From positions 5,022,001 through 5,086,000 of the forward strand of contig OU015568.1 of NCBI GenBank assembly GCA_907165135.1: DNA of 64,000 bases. Direction: 5' to 3'. The position numbers and the translations under genes are program-made. The notes beneath the pieces were generated by a model that saw nothing but the letters and a program-made list of their open reading frames with translations, made no database searches and was not told the DNA's origin. Below are positions 1 through 10,701 of the stretch, piece by piece. How positions within the stretch are numbered: the first letter of the stretch is position 1; the number at the start of each line of letters is the position of its first letter. This DNA is from Oikopleura dioica (lineage: Eukaryota; Animalia; Chordata).

Positions 1-2
1 AT

Positions 3-887
3 TTCACCATAGAACACGCTCAAAATAATAGTCTATCCTTTTTAGATACTACCATTTACCTTGACCCGAAAACCCACAAATATGAACTTAAATTCTACCA
101 GAAACCTACATCTAGTGACACCCTTAATAATTTTAATGAATCAGTTAGCCCGATCTCCCAAAAGCTTGGACTTCTTTCAGGCGAAATATTTCGAGTAAAT
201 AACACCTGTTCCACTCCTGCTAACCTTAATAACGCTCTATCTAAACTTACTGACAAATTCGTTAAAAATAACTACCCCGTAAAACTTGTCAAATCTAAAA
301 TCAAATCTATTAAAGATTCTAACTTCACTCCTCTCGAGAAAGACCCCAATATTACCCACCGCTTCTACTTAACCCTAGATTTCACTTCACACCGAGTCAA
401 TAAAATAGGTAAAAAGATTGTTAATTTCATCCGTAAAATCACGCCAGCATATAAAGTATGTCTTGCTTTCAAAACTTTGCGCCTAGGACAAATTATCACA
501 TCTCGTCTAAAAAGAAAGCTCGATATCAACAAAAAATCCGGGATTTGCTATCAATTCGACTGTAAATGTCAGCTCACTTACATCGGTGAGACCATGCGTA
601 CCTTTCACCTTCGTAAGCGAGACCACACATTTCCAACTAGTCAAACTGCAATTAAACAACACCTTCGAAATTGCCCTGACTTTCAAAACGCATACCAAGA
701 CCATGTGAACTCTCCAGAAGTTACTTCCTTTATCTCACCTGGCGATTTCGCCAAATCTTTTTTCTCCATTCTACAAACAAACCTTCCAAATTATAATGAC
801 CGCAAACTTACCGAATCATTTCTCATAAAGTTAAACCGACCTCAACTTAACGAGCAAGGTGACTTCCGTTTCGTCCACTTTATTTGA
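3..887 (+). CDS. PLE polyprotein C-terminus (RT thumb + GIY-YIG endonuclease), 5'-partial
   Basis: Open frame from position 3 (FTIEHAQNNSLSFLDT...FYQKPT...NNYP), in frame with the 477-887 ORF. That ORF has GICYQFDCKCQLTYIGET...RKRDH and ESFLIK...LN. Confidence 0.9.
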   Translation, partial: FTIEHAQNNSLSFLDTTIYLDPKTHKYELKFYQKPTSSDTLNNFNESVSPISQKLGLLSGEIFRVNNTCSTPANLNNALSKLTDKFVKNNYPVKLVKSKIKSIKDSNFTPLEKDPNITHRFYLTLDFTSHRVNKIGKKIVNFIRKITPAYKVCLAFKTLRLGQIITSRLKRKLDINKKSGICYQFDCKCQLTYIGETMRTFHLRKRDHTFPTSQTAIKQHLRNCPDFQNAYQDHVNSPEVTSFISPGDFAKSFFSILQTNLPNYNDRKLTESFLIKLNRPQLNEQGDFRFVHFI

Positions 888-949
888 TCTAAGGCATTGT
901 TAATTGCGTATCTGGAGCCTTAGATCAAATTCCCCAGATACGCAATTAA
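882..949 (+). other. Two interleaved perfect inverted repeats (H-type pseudoknot topology)
   Basis: 882-895 pairs with 917-930 (14 bp). 900-915 pairs with 934-949 (16 bp). Confidence 0.85.
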
Positions 950-1086
950 ACTCTTTTCTAGACTTCTATTTCCATTTCTTTTCTAGACTTTCTCTCCGCT
1001 CTCATAAATTCCTCACTTACCGATCACTCGCGAGTTTCGCAAGTCACGGTGAGTCCTATTTTACTGTAGCTTCTCTTAACAACTGT

Positions 1087-1126
1087 ACTAGCCTGATGAA
1101 GGAGGGCATTCCCTCCGAAAGCTCGC
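1087..1126 (+). ncRNA. Minimal type I hammerhead ribozyme motif (PLE-associated)
   Basis: CTGATGA at 1093-1099, then A, stem II GGAGGG/CATT/CCCTCC, GAAA at 1117-1120, palindromic AGCT stem III, C17, and a short GC/GC stem I. Confidence 0.8.
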
Positions 1127-1702
1127 AATAAAACAAAAATCGAAAAAGTATATGACTTCAATGAAGATGAATATGCTTTCATTTGATCAAGGAGATTTTA
1201 TAGAATAATAATAATCAGTTCATTTAACAGAAAAGGAAACCAATAACATGCAATTCCAGCATTTGCAAAAGTTGCTTATGTTTTGTTCACTTTATAAAAT
1301 AAAGTTGTACCCACTACTGTATTATTTTCAATAAATTTTTATAGTCAGAGATAAATGGCTTTTTCAAACCGATATTGTGACTATCCTTATTTTCAGTTGT
1401 AGTTCTGTCATTCATTTCATATTCTTCTCAAATAATCTCTACAACAAACGCGGTGCGCAAATTGATTCATCTTTCCCAGATTCTGGCATTTTCTCTGTAT
1501 CTCCGCAAAGTGGTTCGATTTCGCCGCGCTCCTCCGGCCTCTGAGAAAAAGGAGAGTCCTCCACTGCGATGGAAGACCTTGTGAAAAGAAGAAGAAAGAG
1601 ACTTTTCTATTTTGAAATAATTTTATGTAATTTATTAAATAATAGAGCAAGATTTCGATACAAAAATATATAAGAAGATGAAAAGAAGAAAAGTAATGAA
1701 AA

Positions 1703-2141
1703 TTATTGGGCTGGTTCTTCGGGCTCTTCTTCAGGTTCGGCTGGGTTCTCCTCGTTGTCTTCAGGTTCGTCTTCGATTCCTTCCTGTTTTCGGACGATTG
1801 CTTCTGCTGTCTCTGCCCGGATCTTCAGGTCTACAATTGGGTAGGGATGAGAAGGAAATAAGGAGGTTTACCTGCGACTTGCGCTTGGAGAGCATCAAGT
1901 TCTGCTCGCAGCTCGTGAGTTTCTTTCAGCGAAACCTGGTCTCCGTGGATGTATTGCGCCAAAAACGCTTTTGCATCATTTGGCTGAGATTTTGATTGAA
2001 AAAAATCTTTTGTCGAGGGCTTACCTTGTCATGTGTTTCGTAAAGCTTGACGAGAAATTGATTCAGGGTATCCCAGACGCCAGTTTTTCGAAGGTAGTTT
2101 TTGTACTCTTCTCGGCTGGTTGCTCGTTTTTCGCTGTCCAT
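1703..2141 (-). CDS. MYCBP: c-Myc-binding protein (MYCBP/AMY-1)-like, 3 exons
   Basis: Exons 2141-2025, 1983-1872 and 1830-1703, with two 41-nt GT-AG introns. Protein reads REEYKNYLRKTGVWDTLNQFLVKLYETHDK|PNDAKAFL, then a coiled coil and an acidic tail. Confidence 0.8.
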
Positions 2142-4130
2142 TTTTGTCTTTTTACGTCTGTTTGTCAGCGACTGCTGATTTTTCCCAATAATAAGACGTC
2201 TTCTAGAGATTTTTCAAAGCAAGATCTTTAATTTTTTGGTGCAAGTTTGAACTTTCTTCGCGAATAATGGACATAGAAGCTGGTTGTGTTGAGTGTTTTG
2301 AAAGTCTTTTCATAGATTGTCTTTCCCATTACAGTACTTTTCCTTGCCCAATCTGTATTTTGAGGATTAACCAAGGTAGTACTGGAAGATTTTGACCTGA
2401 TCCTTTTTAATTGAAAGAAAAAATGGGGAGATAAAAGCCCAATAGCCGCCATAATCGCAACCTCGAAAGCCTTGTCAGCCCCGCTTTTCTTACAAAGACG
2501 ATTAGCGCACGGGGTAATTGGGTAAGGAGTACCGGGTTATTGTTTGGCCTAACAGCCTTTTCCAGGAATCAAAGGGAGTGCCGCTGCGAGACGGCCACTT
2601 GCGCTTGTTGTATCACATTCCCAGACATCAACAGACATCAACACACGCGGCGGAACAAAATCATCCGGAACAGACTCGGACAGAATCAATAACGATCAGC
2701 ATCATGTGTCAAGATTGCCAGAAGGTTCCTAAAGTTCCCCTAAGCCTGCTCAAATCGAATTTCAATTGAATGGAGTTGAGATAATAGCACGGAAATAAAC
2801 AAATTTTGAAGGTTTTACGATATGCTTTTTGCATGTTTATGAAATGCGAAAAAAACGCGTGTGCTCCATATGCTCACTCTATCCGCCAGCCCTGCCCTAA
2901 ACCAATCTGCTTCTGTTTGTCAGTTCGCACCTCGTTCGCCCCTAATTTCATCAAAACCCCCCGTCATCATTTCAACTCGCCATAAAACCAAGAAAAAAGA
3001 ACGCGCACCGGAAATACTTATACGAACTTATCGTGGCCGATCAAAGAGTTCATCCCCGTTTATTTCTTATCTCCGGTTTCCGCCGTGTTGCCCGCCTCAA
3101 AGGGGATGACCGTAGTCTTCTCTTTATCAATTCTAGGGGCAGCGGGCCGGGACGAAGCCCACTCGGAGCGATTCTTGCTCAGATAGCTAATCTTTCAGTG
3201 CTTTTTTGACAAATGATGATGTTTGAAGAACCACTTGAGCGGGAATTAAAGTCATGTGACCATCTTAAAGTGTTTTTTTCTTGAATAAAAAAATAGTATT
3301 TTTGTGTTCATAATTTATCTAAGTGGTACTTAGCTCGTATAAAAACCCGATGATCCTGGTTTTGGGGCTCAAAAATGATCCTTACTGTTCTTTTTCTACT
3401 GTCTTCTTCAGTTCTTGCGACGCTTGCAGTGATGGAGATATCCAAAATGAATCCAAGAGGTCATTAACTTGACATGTAGCGAATTTCTGTTGAAAATCTA
3501 TTTCAAACAGACTGAAAAACCTATTTTCTTACTTTAAGGGTATCAACATCGATTTCGTCATTTTTGCGTACGAAAAACTGACCCTAACTCAATAGATGAG
3601 AACACCCTTAACTCTCCTGTCTCTACTCTTTACTATCCATTAAATTTCAATCCACTGTAATGAAAATCATGAAAGGAGGGTATCAGCGTGTTGATCTGTC
3701 GATTCCAAGTGGTCTAAACCGGGCTAATACGGCTACGTTATGAAAACACGTGCCTCAGTGAAGGGTTCCTAATCCGCTCCTTCTGCACGCGAAATAGGGT
3801 CGCACCCAAGCGAGGTCGTACGTTTTCCCAGATACTTAGCAAAAACCCTTTCCGGAAAAATCTAACAAATCGGATTAATTGCAACTGCAACAGTGGACGG
3901 GTCATGGGAAAAGAAGGCTAATTAGGGGCAGGAAGCACACAAACAAAGCACGAATCAATATGCTGGACGGGGCAACCCGGATATGGATTTTACGCAAACG
4001 GAAGGGATCAGATTATGGTTAATTGGAATTAGTGATGGGATGAGACCTGCTGCTCAAATAATCAAAACCACTGTTTCCATATTGCAGGAAGGGTTTTTCC
4101 CCTGGAGCTTTCCGACAAGAAACCTTTATC

Positions 4131-4308
4131 TGGGTTCGGGAACCTGTGCAGAAACCTGAGTCAGGGTCCTGAAAAGCAGCAAACAATGTATGCTTTAAAC
4201 ACTAGTGAAGCCGCTTTGCGGCTTCATTTTTAAAAAAGCCGCTACGCGGCTTTTCGTTTAAACTTATTTTAAACCCTGACTCAGGTTTTCGCTCAGGCTG
4301 CCCAGCTC
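4131..4308. mobile_element. MITE family A, copy 1
   Basis: TIR AAACCTGAGTCAGGGT ... ACCCTGACTCAGGTTT, with internal AAGCCGC/GCGGCTT subrepeats. Four copies occur in the window. Confidence 0.75.
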
Positions 4309-4809
4309 ATATGAAATTTATTGATGCAAAAGCAAAAATTGTGTAAGCTAGCAGCTGATGAGTTAACACAAATACCTAACCGCATCGTTATTCAATTCTA
4401 AAGCGAGAAAAAAGGGTTGAACACAACAATAGAAGACCGCGATGTCGAAATCGGTGGGAACGCGCGTGACACGGGCCACAATAAATATCCTTTTCATCCC
4501 TCGTGGAGATGTGGCACTTGGGAAGCAAGTTCATGGAATGAGGCCAGGCGCGCGAGAAAGGGATGAAACACGCCCGGCGAGCTATATAGATTTCAAGATG
4601 GCCTAATTTTCTTGACAAGGGCTGGTCATGGGAAGCGATTGAGGGCGCGGATAACGGGAATTGGAAGGAGGAGTTTACGTTTCTGGGAATTTACGGGCTT
4701 GATGATTGAGATCTGTATTTTTAATGATGATTTTCAAGCTCATAATTTTACAAAAAAAAAACAATTTTAGACCCTTTTTTTTTAAAGAAAAGAAAAATTT
4801 CGTCAACAC

Positions 4810-4976
4810 AGGTTTCAGCAACCTGTGTGGAAAACCTGAGTCAGGGTCCTGATTCTTTGCATAGCGGCTTTGAAAAAGACATAGCCGCAAAGTGGCTTTA
4901 CTAGAATATAATTTAGATTTTGATGGTACTTTAGTCAGGAGCCCTACTCAGGTTTTCTACTTAGGTTGGCGGGACC
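4810..4976. mobile_element. MITE family A, copy 2
   Basis: GCAACCTGTGTGGAAAACCTGAGTCAGGGT at the left end; degenerate CCCTACTCAGGTTTT at the right end. Confidence 0.7.
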
Positions 4977-5449
4977 GGGGTTGGTTTTGTTTTTTGAAAA
5001 AAGGCTGGTCTTTCCAAATTTGTGCCGTCCATAATTTCGCCCGATTCATTCGTTCGGATTTCCGTTCCTCCTCAAAGTGCCAATATCTTTGCCCCTTGAT
5101 CTTACACGGATCCGTGTTATTTGTCGGAAGTCGGCGCGTCGGACATTTTTTGATTGATCGCCGTTTTCGGCACTTTGGCACACTTTGAGTTGGCCTGTTT
5201 TATTTTCACCAGTCGACCAGGCCGGAAATGAAAAAGGAGAAGAAAGGGAGAGTCACAAATTTGATTTCAAAGAAGGACAGCTGCTGGGAGGAAAAGGCAA
5301 TAAATATTGAAATTACTATCGTTATTTGAAGAGTTATTGCCTGACGATTTTGATAATCACAAATTGTTAAAATTTTGGCTTCATTTAGGAAAAATTGCAG
5401 AATCGACCATTAGTGCAACTTTTGACTTAGATATTAGGAATAATAGAGT

Positions 5450-5641
5450 GTGCCCTTGTTGATCCTCTTACTTTTTGCATGTGTTCCCTTGTTCATCCTA
5501 AGGCCACGTAGCCTTACTTTTAGCCGGCAACACGATGAAGTCCTTCTTGGCTCTTCAGTTTTGGGCATTTGCTGCTAAGGCTACGTGGCCAAAGATGAAC
5601 AAGGCAACACATGCAGCAAGTAAGCGGATGAACAAGGACAC
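5450..5641. repeat. Imperfect foldback element (~67-bp arms)
   Basis: GTGCCCTTGTTGATCC...GGCCACGTAGCCTTA is the reverse complement, with a few mismatches, of TAAGGCTACGTGGCC...GGATGAACAAGGACAC. Confidence 0.75.
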
Positions 5642-6313
5642 CCCGATTTTTTTCTCGAAATATTTTTTTTACATTCCCAAATCTCAAAATTTCTATTTTT
5701 TGAAGAATATTCTTCTTCGCAAAATAACCACATATTGTTGTTTATCCTATTTCTTATCCGCTTGAGCCAGCCAAAAACCATGCGCACTAGATAAGCCACC
5801 TCAATGCTCCGCCGAGCACTGAGTATTTTCCAAGGTGCTAAAGGAAAATATTTTCCCAAGTTTCAACTTTTGCCCGTTTCAAGCGCTTTGAAATCGTTTG
5901 AAGATGGTTATTTTGGCTTCTGACGGCTTTGAGACGTCTATTGTCGCAGTCGGCGCGGCAAAAGTGTGTAACAGAAAACAACAGAAAATGGGGAAAATTA
6001 CGAATTTCAAAAGGAATTCGGACAATGGGGGGAGGAATTAGCACCCAGCAGAGCAGGGGAAGCACGGGGTTTCAAGTGGGTATTTGAAGATTGACAGGGC
6101 GGCGGAGGGGGTTTTGAAGATCTCGGTGCTTTTCAAGAATTCTCCATCAAAAAACATTTCCCAGCTGAAGGGGAAATTAAATTTTTCGTTGCATAAAAGC
6201 CTATATATCCCTCCCCACGTGCCTACGAACCCACTTGGCAAGAATATCTCCAGTCTTGATCCGCTCAATTTCGCTTTCTGGGCCACGCGACGCCATGTGC
6301 ATCCCTCGCCCCT

Positions 6314-6321
6314 TTCCCACG
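6314..6321 (-). promoter_or_regulatory. Candidate CSL/Su(H) site upstream of Hes
   Basis: Exact CGTGGGAA on the minus strand, inside a GC-rich non-coding island. Function is inferred only. Confidence 0.35.
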
Positions 6322-7567
6322 ACTCTAAGATCGCATAATTTCGCCCTGAGCTGCCTGGTATATACATTTCAGAGCCCTGTTCTCAAGGAGCTCAGCCAAG
6401 TTTTTGCTCCAGTGAGTAAAGAATGTGGCAAGTGGTTATTTTATGTTTATTCATAACAACTTTCAAATCGTAGAAAAGTGCAAAGATGGAAAATTAAGGG
6501 TGTAGCCATCATTAATCTGATTTTTCCAGAATCAAAAAAGTCGACCCTTCATGGATAATTCGAACCTTTTTGATGGATTTTTCGATATTCAGAAGCTTGA
6601 AAATTTCGAGTAGAAACTTCATTGAACCATGCGAAAAAGAATAAGTTATCAGATCCGTCAAATCTCAAAGGGAGGCCTCCCCTTTTTATTGGAGGCAGAA
6701 CGGAAACTATAACTGGCGATGTGGGGCGATAGTAACGACAAATTGGACAATTTGCATGAGGCGGCGGCGGCGCAACAAATTGGACCGCCCAGGCAAAACA
6801 GTTTACGCCGCGGTGCACACTTTAGTCCTGCTGACGGACGAGCCAAGATTGCGTAAAGAAAAGATAAAGGGCTAGCGTTATCAAGTTTCGAAGGGGGCAA
6901 ATTTGAATGCTCTCAAACTGTCAAAAATGTACCGAAGTCTTCAGCCTGAAGCTGCTTTTTATTGAAGGGATCTTTTTTAAAAGACTAAAATAATTTTGAG
7001 AACCATAAGGATGTTTCTGCTTCTATTGTTCCGCAATAACTGAAATGACCAGATGCGAAATCTAAGACAAAATCTAGGAAGAGCCTAGCTTGAACTGTTT
7101 ACGCAAGTTTAATTAGAAATATTTGATTATAGACAGCTATTGGTTGATTTATGAAAGAATTTCATGTTGACAACTTGACTGCAACTTGTACTAAAATTAT
7201 GAAAAACTGAAAATTTGGTTCTTTTTGGAGAGCTAAGAATAAGAAATTCCTGCTTATCCTCACCGAGGCCACACTTGTTCCCACGGTCACTCGCCATTGT
7301 CGGCTCGATCAAAGCGCTCGGCACGCCGTCCCTTTCGCTAAACAAAAAAAAGTCCGAGTAGCCAAGTGCGCCACCCGCGCGTGCGTCCGGCGCTGCTGTA
7401 CGTAAGGAGCGCCGCCACGCGATTACGTCGCCCTGGATTCCCCTACTTCAACCCCTTTAATTTGCCGAGACGTGTTTCATTCAGTCACACAAATCAGAAC
7501 AGATTTACAAAAAACACGAAGACTAAAAAACTTCCTTTTTTCAAAAAGAAAGAAAAAATACGAAAAA

Positions 7568-8299
7568 ATGTCGACTTACCGAAAAGAGATTCTCCCCACC
7601 GCCGGTTCTGTCGGCCCGATTCGCTCCAAGATCGACCGAGCAACCAGCAAACCCTTGATGGAAAAGCGAAGACGAGAAAGAATCAACAAGTCGCTCAACG
7701 AACTCAAGTCCATTCTCTTAGAAGCCTACCGACGAGATTCCGCCTCCTGCTCGAAGCTCGAAAAAGCCGACATCCTCGAAATGTCCGTCCGATACATTCA
7801 TTCCCTGAAGACCCCAAGCGGCTATCCTTTCCCTGGAGCCGTCCTTCCAGCCCATGCTCAGCCAAAGCCACAGCCGCAAGCAGCAAGTGAATTGAGCCGG
7901 GTCCTAGCAACTTGCCCAGAAATCAGCGAAGAATCAAAGCGAAAAATCCTCGGTTCCATCTCCCCGAATTCCAGCGCCCCTCGAGTCCCCCTACCAGCCC
8001 CTCAGAAGCCTGCTCCACAAAACCCGCTCAATTTGCCAACCCAGCAGCAAATCGCCTTCCAACAGCAGCTTCTGGCCGCTCAGCTCGCCCAGTACGCCGC
8101 TGCTCAAAGCCTCGCCGTTTCTCAAAAAGCACCAAGCATCCCTCGATCCGACTCGTTGAGTTCCGGCGTCAGCTCTGATGAAGATTCAAACTCCGATGTG
8201 AACTCGCTCTCTTCATTTCCTTCTTCCCTTCCCGAAAACAAAGCTCCCGAGGCGGCCATTCCACAAGCCAGTACAAGTCCGATCTTCCGTCCCTGGTAA
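7568..8299 (+). CDS. Hes: Hairy/Enhancer-of-split bHLH-Orange repressor, intronless, ending FRPW
   Basis: Basic region with the Hes proline (KPLMEKRRRERIN), KLEKADILE, an Orange-like segment (AASELSRVLATCPEISEESKRKILGSI) and C-terminal FRPW. The likely ATG is at 7568. Confidence 0.93.
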   Translation: MSTYRKEILPTAGSVGPIRSKIDRATSKPLMEKRRRERINKSLNELKSILLEAYRRDSASCSKLEKADILEMSVRYIHSLKTPSGYPFPGAVLPAHAQPKPQPQAASELSRVLATCPEISEESKRKILGSISPNSSAPRVPLPAPQKPAPQNPLNLPTQQQIAFQQQLLAAQLAQYAAAQSLAVSQKAPSIPRSDSLSSGVSSDEDSNSDVNSLSSFPSSLPENKAPEAAIPQASTSPIFRPW

Positions 8300-10693
8300 A
8301 GAGCTTCTTTTCTGCTGTAAAAATATTTGATGCACCTGCTACGCATTGCCTTCAACCTTTCAATTCCATATCTGCTTTTTTCTTTTATTCTTTATCTTAT
8401 AAATATAAAATGCAAACTATCAAAAAATCAAACGAGTTGTCATATTGAGGTTTTGAGCTCAAAAATAATCGATAGTAAATTCAAGAGTCAAATTGTTACT
8501 GAAGCAGGAAACTAAAATTACAGAAAAAACTATTGAAATTCTTGAATTTTTCATATTTTTATCTTAATTTCTATTTTTTATCATCAATTCGTTCTTTTTC
8601 CCAGAAATTTAACCCTGAAAGATGAAGAGCCGTCGAAATTCCATGGGAAGCGCGTAAAATGCGTCCGTTCCGCTCCATCCACTGTTCAAAGCTATCTTCC
8701 GCTTGCGTTAGGCAACTCGTTAGGCGCGGCGGGGCCGTTCCGCGGCGCGCGCTTTTGAAAAGCCGAAGCACGCGCATCGTCGAAATACACCTGTCAATCC
8801 GGAAGTCCGATCGACTCTTTATGACATGATTTATGGGACAGATTAGGTCTTATGCTCAATTTATCTGGCTAAAAATCGAATAGAATAATTCAGGAACAAT
8901 TTTATTTTGCGAAAAAAGAACAAAAAAAAACTGTCAGTTGAGAGCTTTTCTTTTGAAGATCGAGTATCTGCTCGTCACGTGAGCGCGATAATGCCAGTTT
9001 CGAAAAGCCGCGTCTTTCGTTGATCCGTCTGTAGTCCCGCTCATTTTTGCCCTGTAATGAGGCGTAAAACTCCCCCTCGAGCTTCCCCCTTGTTGTTCCT
9101 TCTTTTGAGTCACATGATTTGATGTGTAATCGGTGGACAGGACGGATGTCCGACTGACAGGCGCGAGAATAAACGGGTGCGATTAGTAAGTTTGGGAAAT
9201 TTGAAAATTTGAAAATTGGAAAATTGACTTCCTGTTTTCCTTAGAGTTACTCAACTGGAGAAATTATCTGCATTAATTAGTATCTCACGAAAAATTTTCC
9301 TTCCAAGCTTCGAATCTTTATTCTCGAACAATCATCAAACAAGAAACTCATCATCCACGCGATCAAAAAGACGTCGCCAATTACAGTTACGCAGAACACT
9401 TTTCCTTGGAAGGCGGCGTGCGTCCACGAGCGTGGCCGGCGTCAACGTCGTGAGTTCAGGTTCCGTCGCAGCGCCGAAATCGAAGAATCAGGTTTCATCG
9501 CCAGAACGCTCGTGCGTCCATCAGATACTGTTTCATTACTGTTTTTTATAGAATAGGACAGAACTCAATTGACAATTGATATCAGAAAAAAAGGTCGAAA
9601 TGACTTTGATTTGACCTTTGATATTGAAAATTAAGGGTGTCACTTGTCTATTTCTTTGAAAAAAGCGACCATAAAGGTCAGGTTTCCATAAAAAATTTCT
9701 TTAAAATTATTTTTTTTTCAACGATTGTGATTTTAACGACCGTTTTTCAGGCTTGAAAAGCGCATTTCCTGAAAGTTCACCATCTAACATTTTAATTTCA
9801 ATTTCAATTGGTTTTTTTGATGCAATGACTTGACGCCTGCCATAACTTTCCGTCAGCTCTCTCCCACTGCGCGTGCTTCTGTCATGTGGCTGATTTGATT
9901 TAGAACCTCACTCGTGGAAAGAATCTCATTTTCAAACCCTTCCAAATTGAAAACGTCAACAATAAAAATTCTCCGCAAAAACCGCTCGGAAAACATGTAA
10001 AAAAAGGACTGCTTCTGAAGAAAGGTACTCAAAACACAAACAAGCGGCTAAAAGAAACAATTGTTAAAAGAGGCATGAAATTTTCACACGTGTACTTTCA
10101 AAGGAAAAACCAGCGGTACGACTAAAAGGGAGGAGTTGAGATCTGTTGCATGAATTTTACGCTTGGAGTTTTTGTTCGAGATCTGAAGATGATTTGTTTT
10201 GGTAACTGGAGAAACTTGTTCTTTTGAGGAAACTCGTTGACTCATGAATATTTTCAGTAATGAAGAAAATCGTCGAGTTTTTTGCAATTTCAATATGATA
10301 GTGACATCCTTATTCTAGCTTATTTTTTGCCTTTTACTTATTCTACCCATCATTAAAGTTGTGACACCGTTATTTTATTTTCTACTTCCCCTAATAAAGC
10401 CAACCCTAAACCCTTCTCTTAAGTCGTACTGTTTGTATTACAGTAAAAATGACTCATACTTACCCGTAATATTGCTAACGCTAACCCTTACCCTACATTC
10501 TAATGAATTACTAAAAATAATCTTTGAATTATCAGTCAAAAAACTCTTCGATTAAAAGTCATCTTGGCGCGTAATTTGGCACGAGTCGTTTAGTTAGTTT
10601 CGTAAAGGAGCGTCAGATGTAAGTCGCGGTGGTCCATGTGAATTGTCTCGGATCTGGCGACCACATCAATCAAGGCACGAGCGAGGGTGCGCG

Positions 10694-10701
10694 CGTGGGA
10701 A
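10694..10701 (+). promoter_or_regulatory. Candidate CSL/Su(H) site downstream of Hes
   Basis: Exact CGTGGGAA, next to CACGAG motifs at 10580 and 10676. Confidence 0.35.

Larger units (their letters stand above)
1..1132 (+). mobile_element. Penelope-like retroelement, 3' part (5' end outside the window)
   Basis: RT-thumb plus GIY-YIG ORF, followed by a structured 3' UTR with a hammerhead core and AATAAA at 1127-1132. The sense strand is G-poor, unlike the flanking DNA. Confidence 0.9.

Noticed and set aside
1447-1590. Open minus-strand segment after a pyrimidine-rich acceptor (SSIAVEDSPFSQRPEE...)
   Set aside because: It may be a terminal exon, but I could not link it to upstream exons or a family, so it is not called.
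4355-4365. Other CTGATGA occurrences (also near 8175, 11519 and 57917)
   Set aside because: None is followed by a stem II and GAAA, so they are not hammerheads.
5535-5765. ORF with a signal-peptide-like start (MKSFLALQFWAFAA)
   Set aside because: It lies within the foldback repeat and runs into AT-rich sequence; most likely chance.
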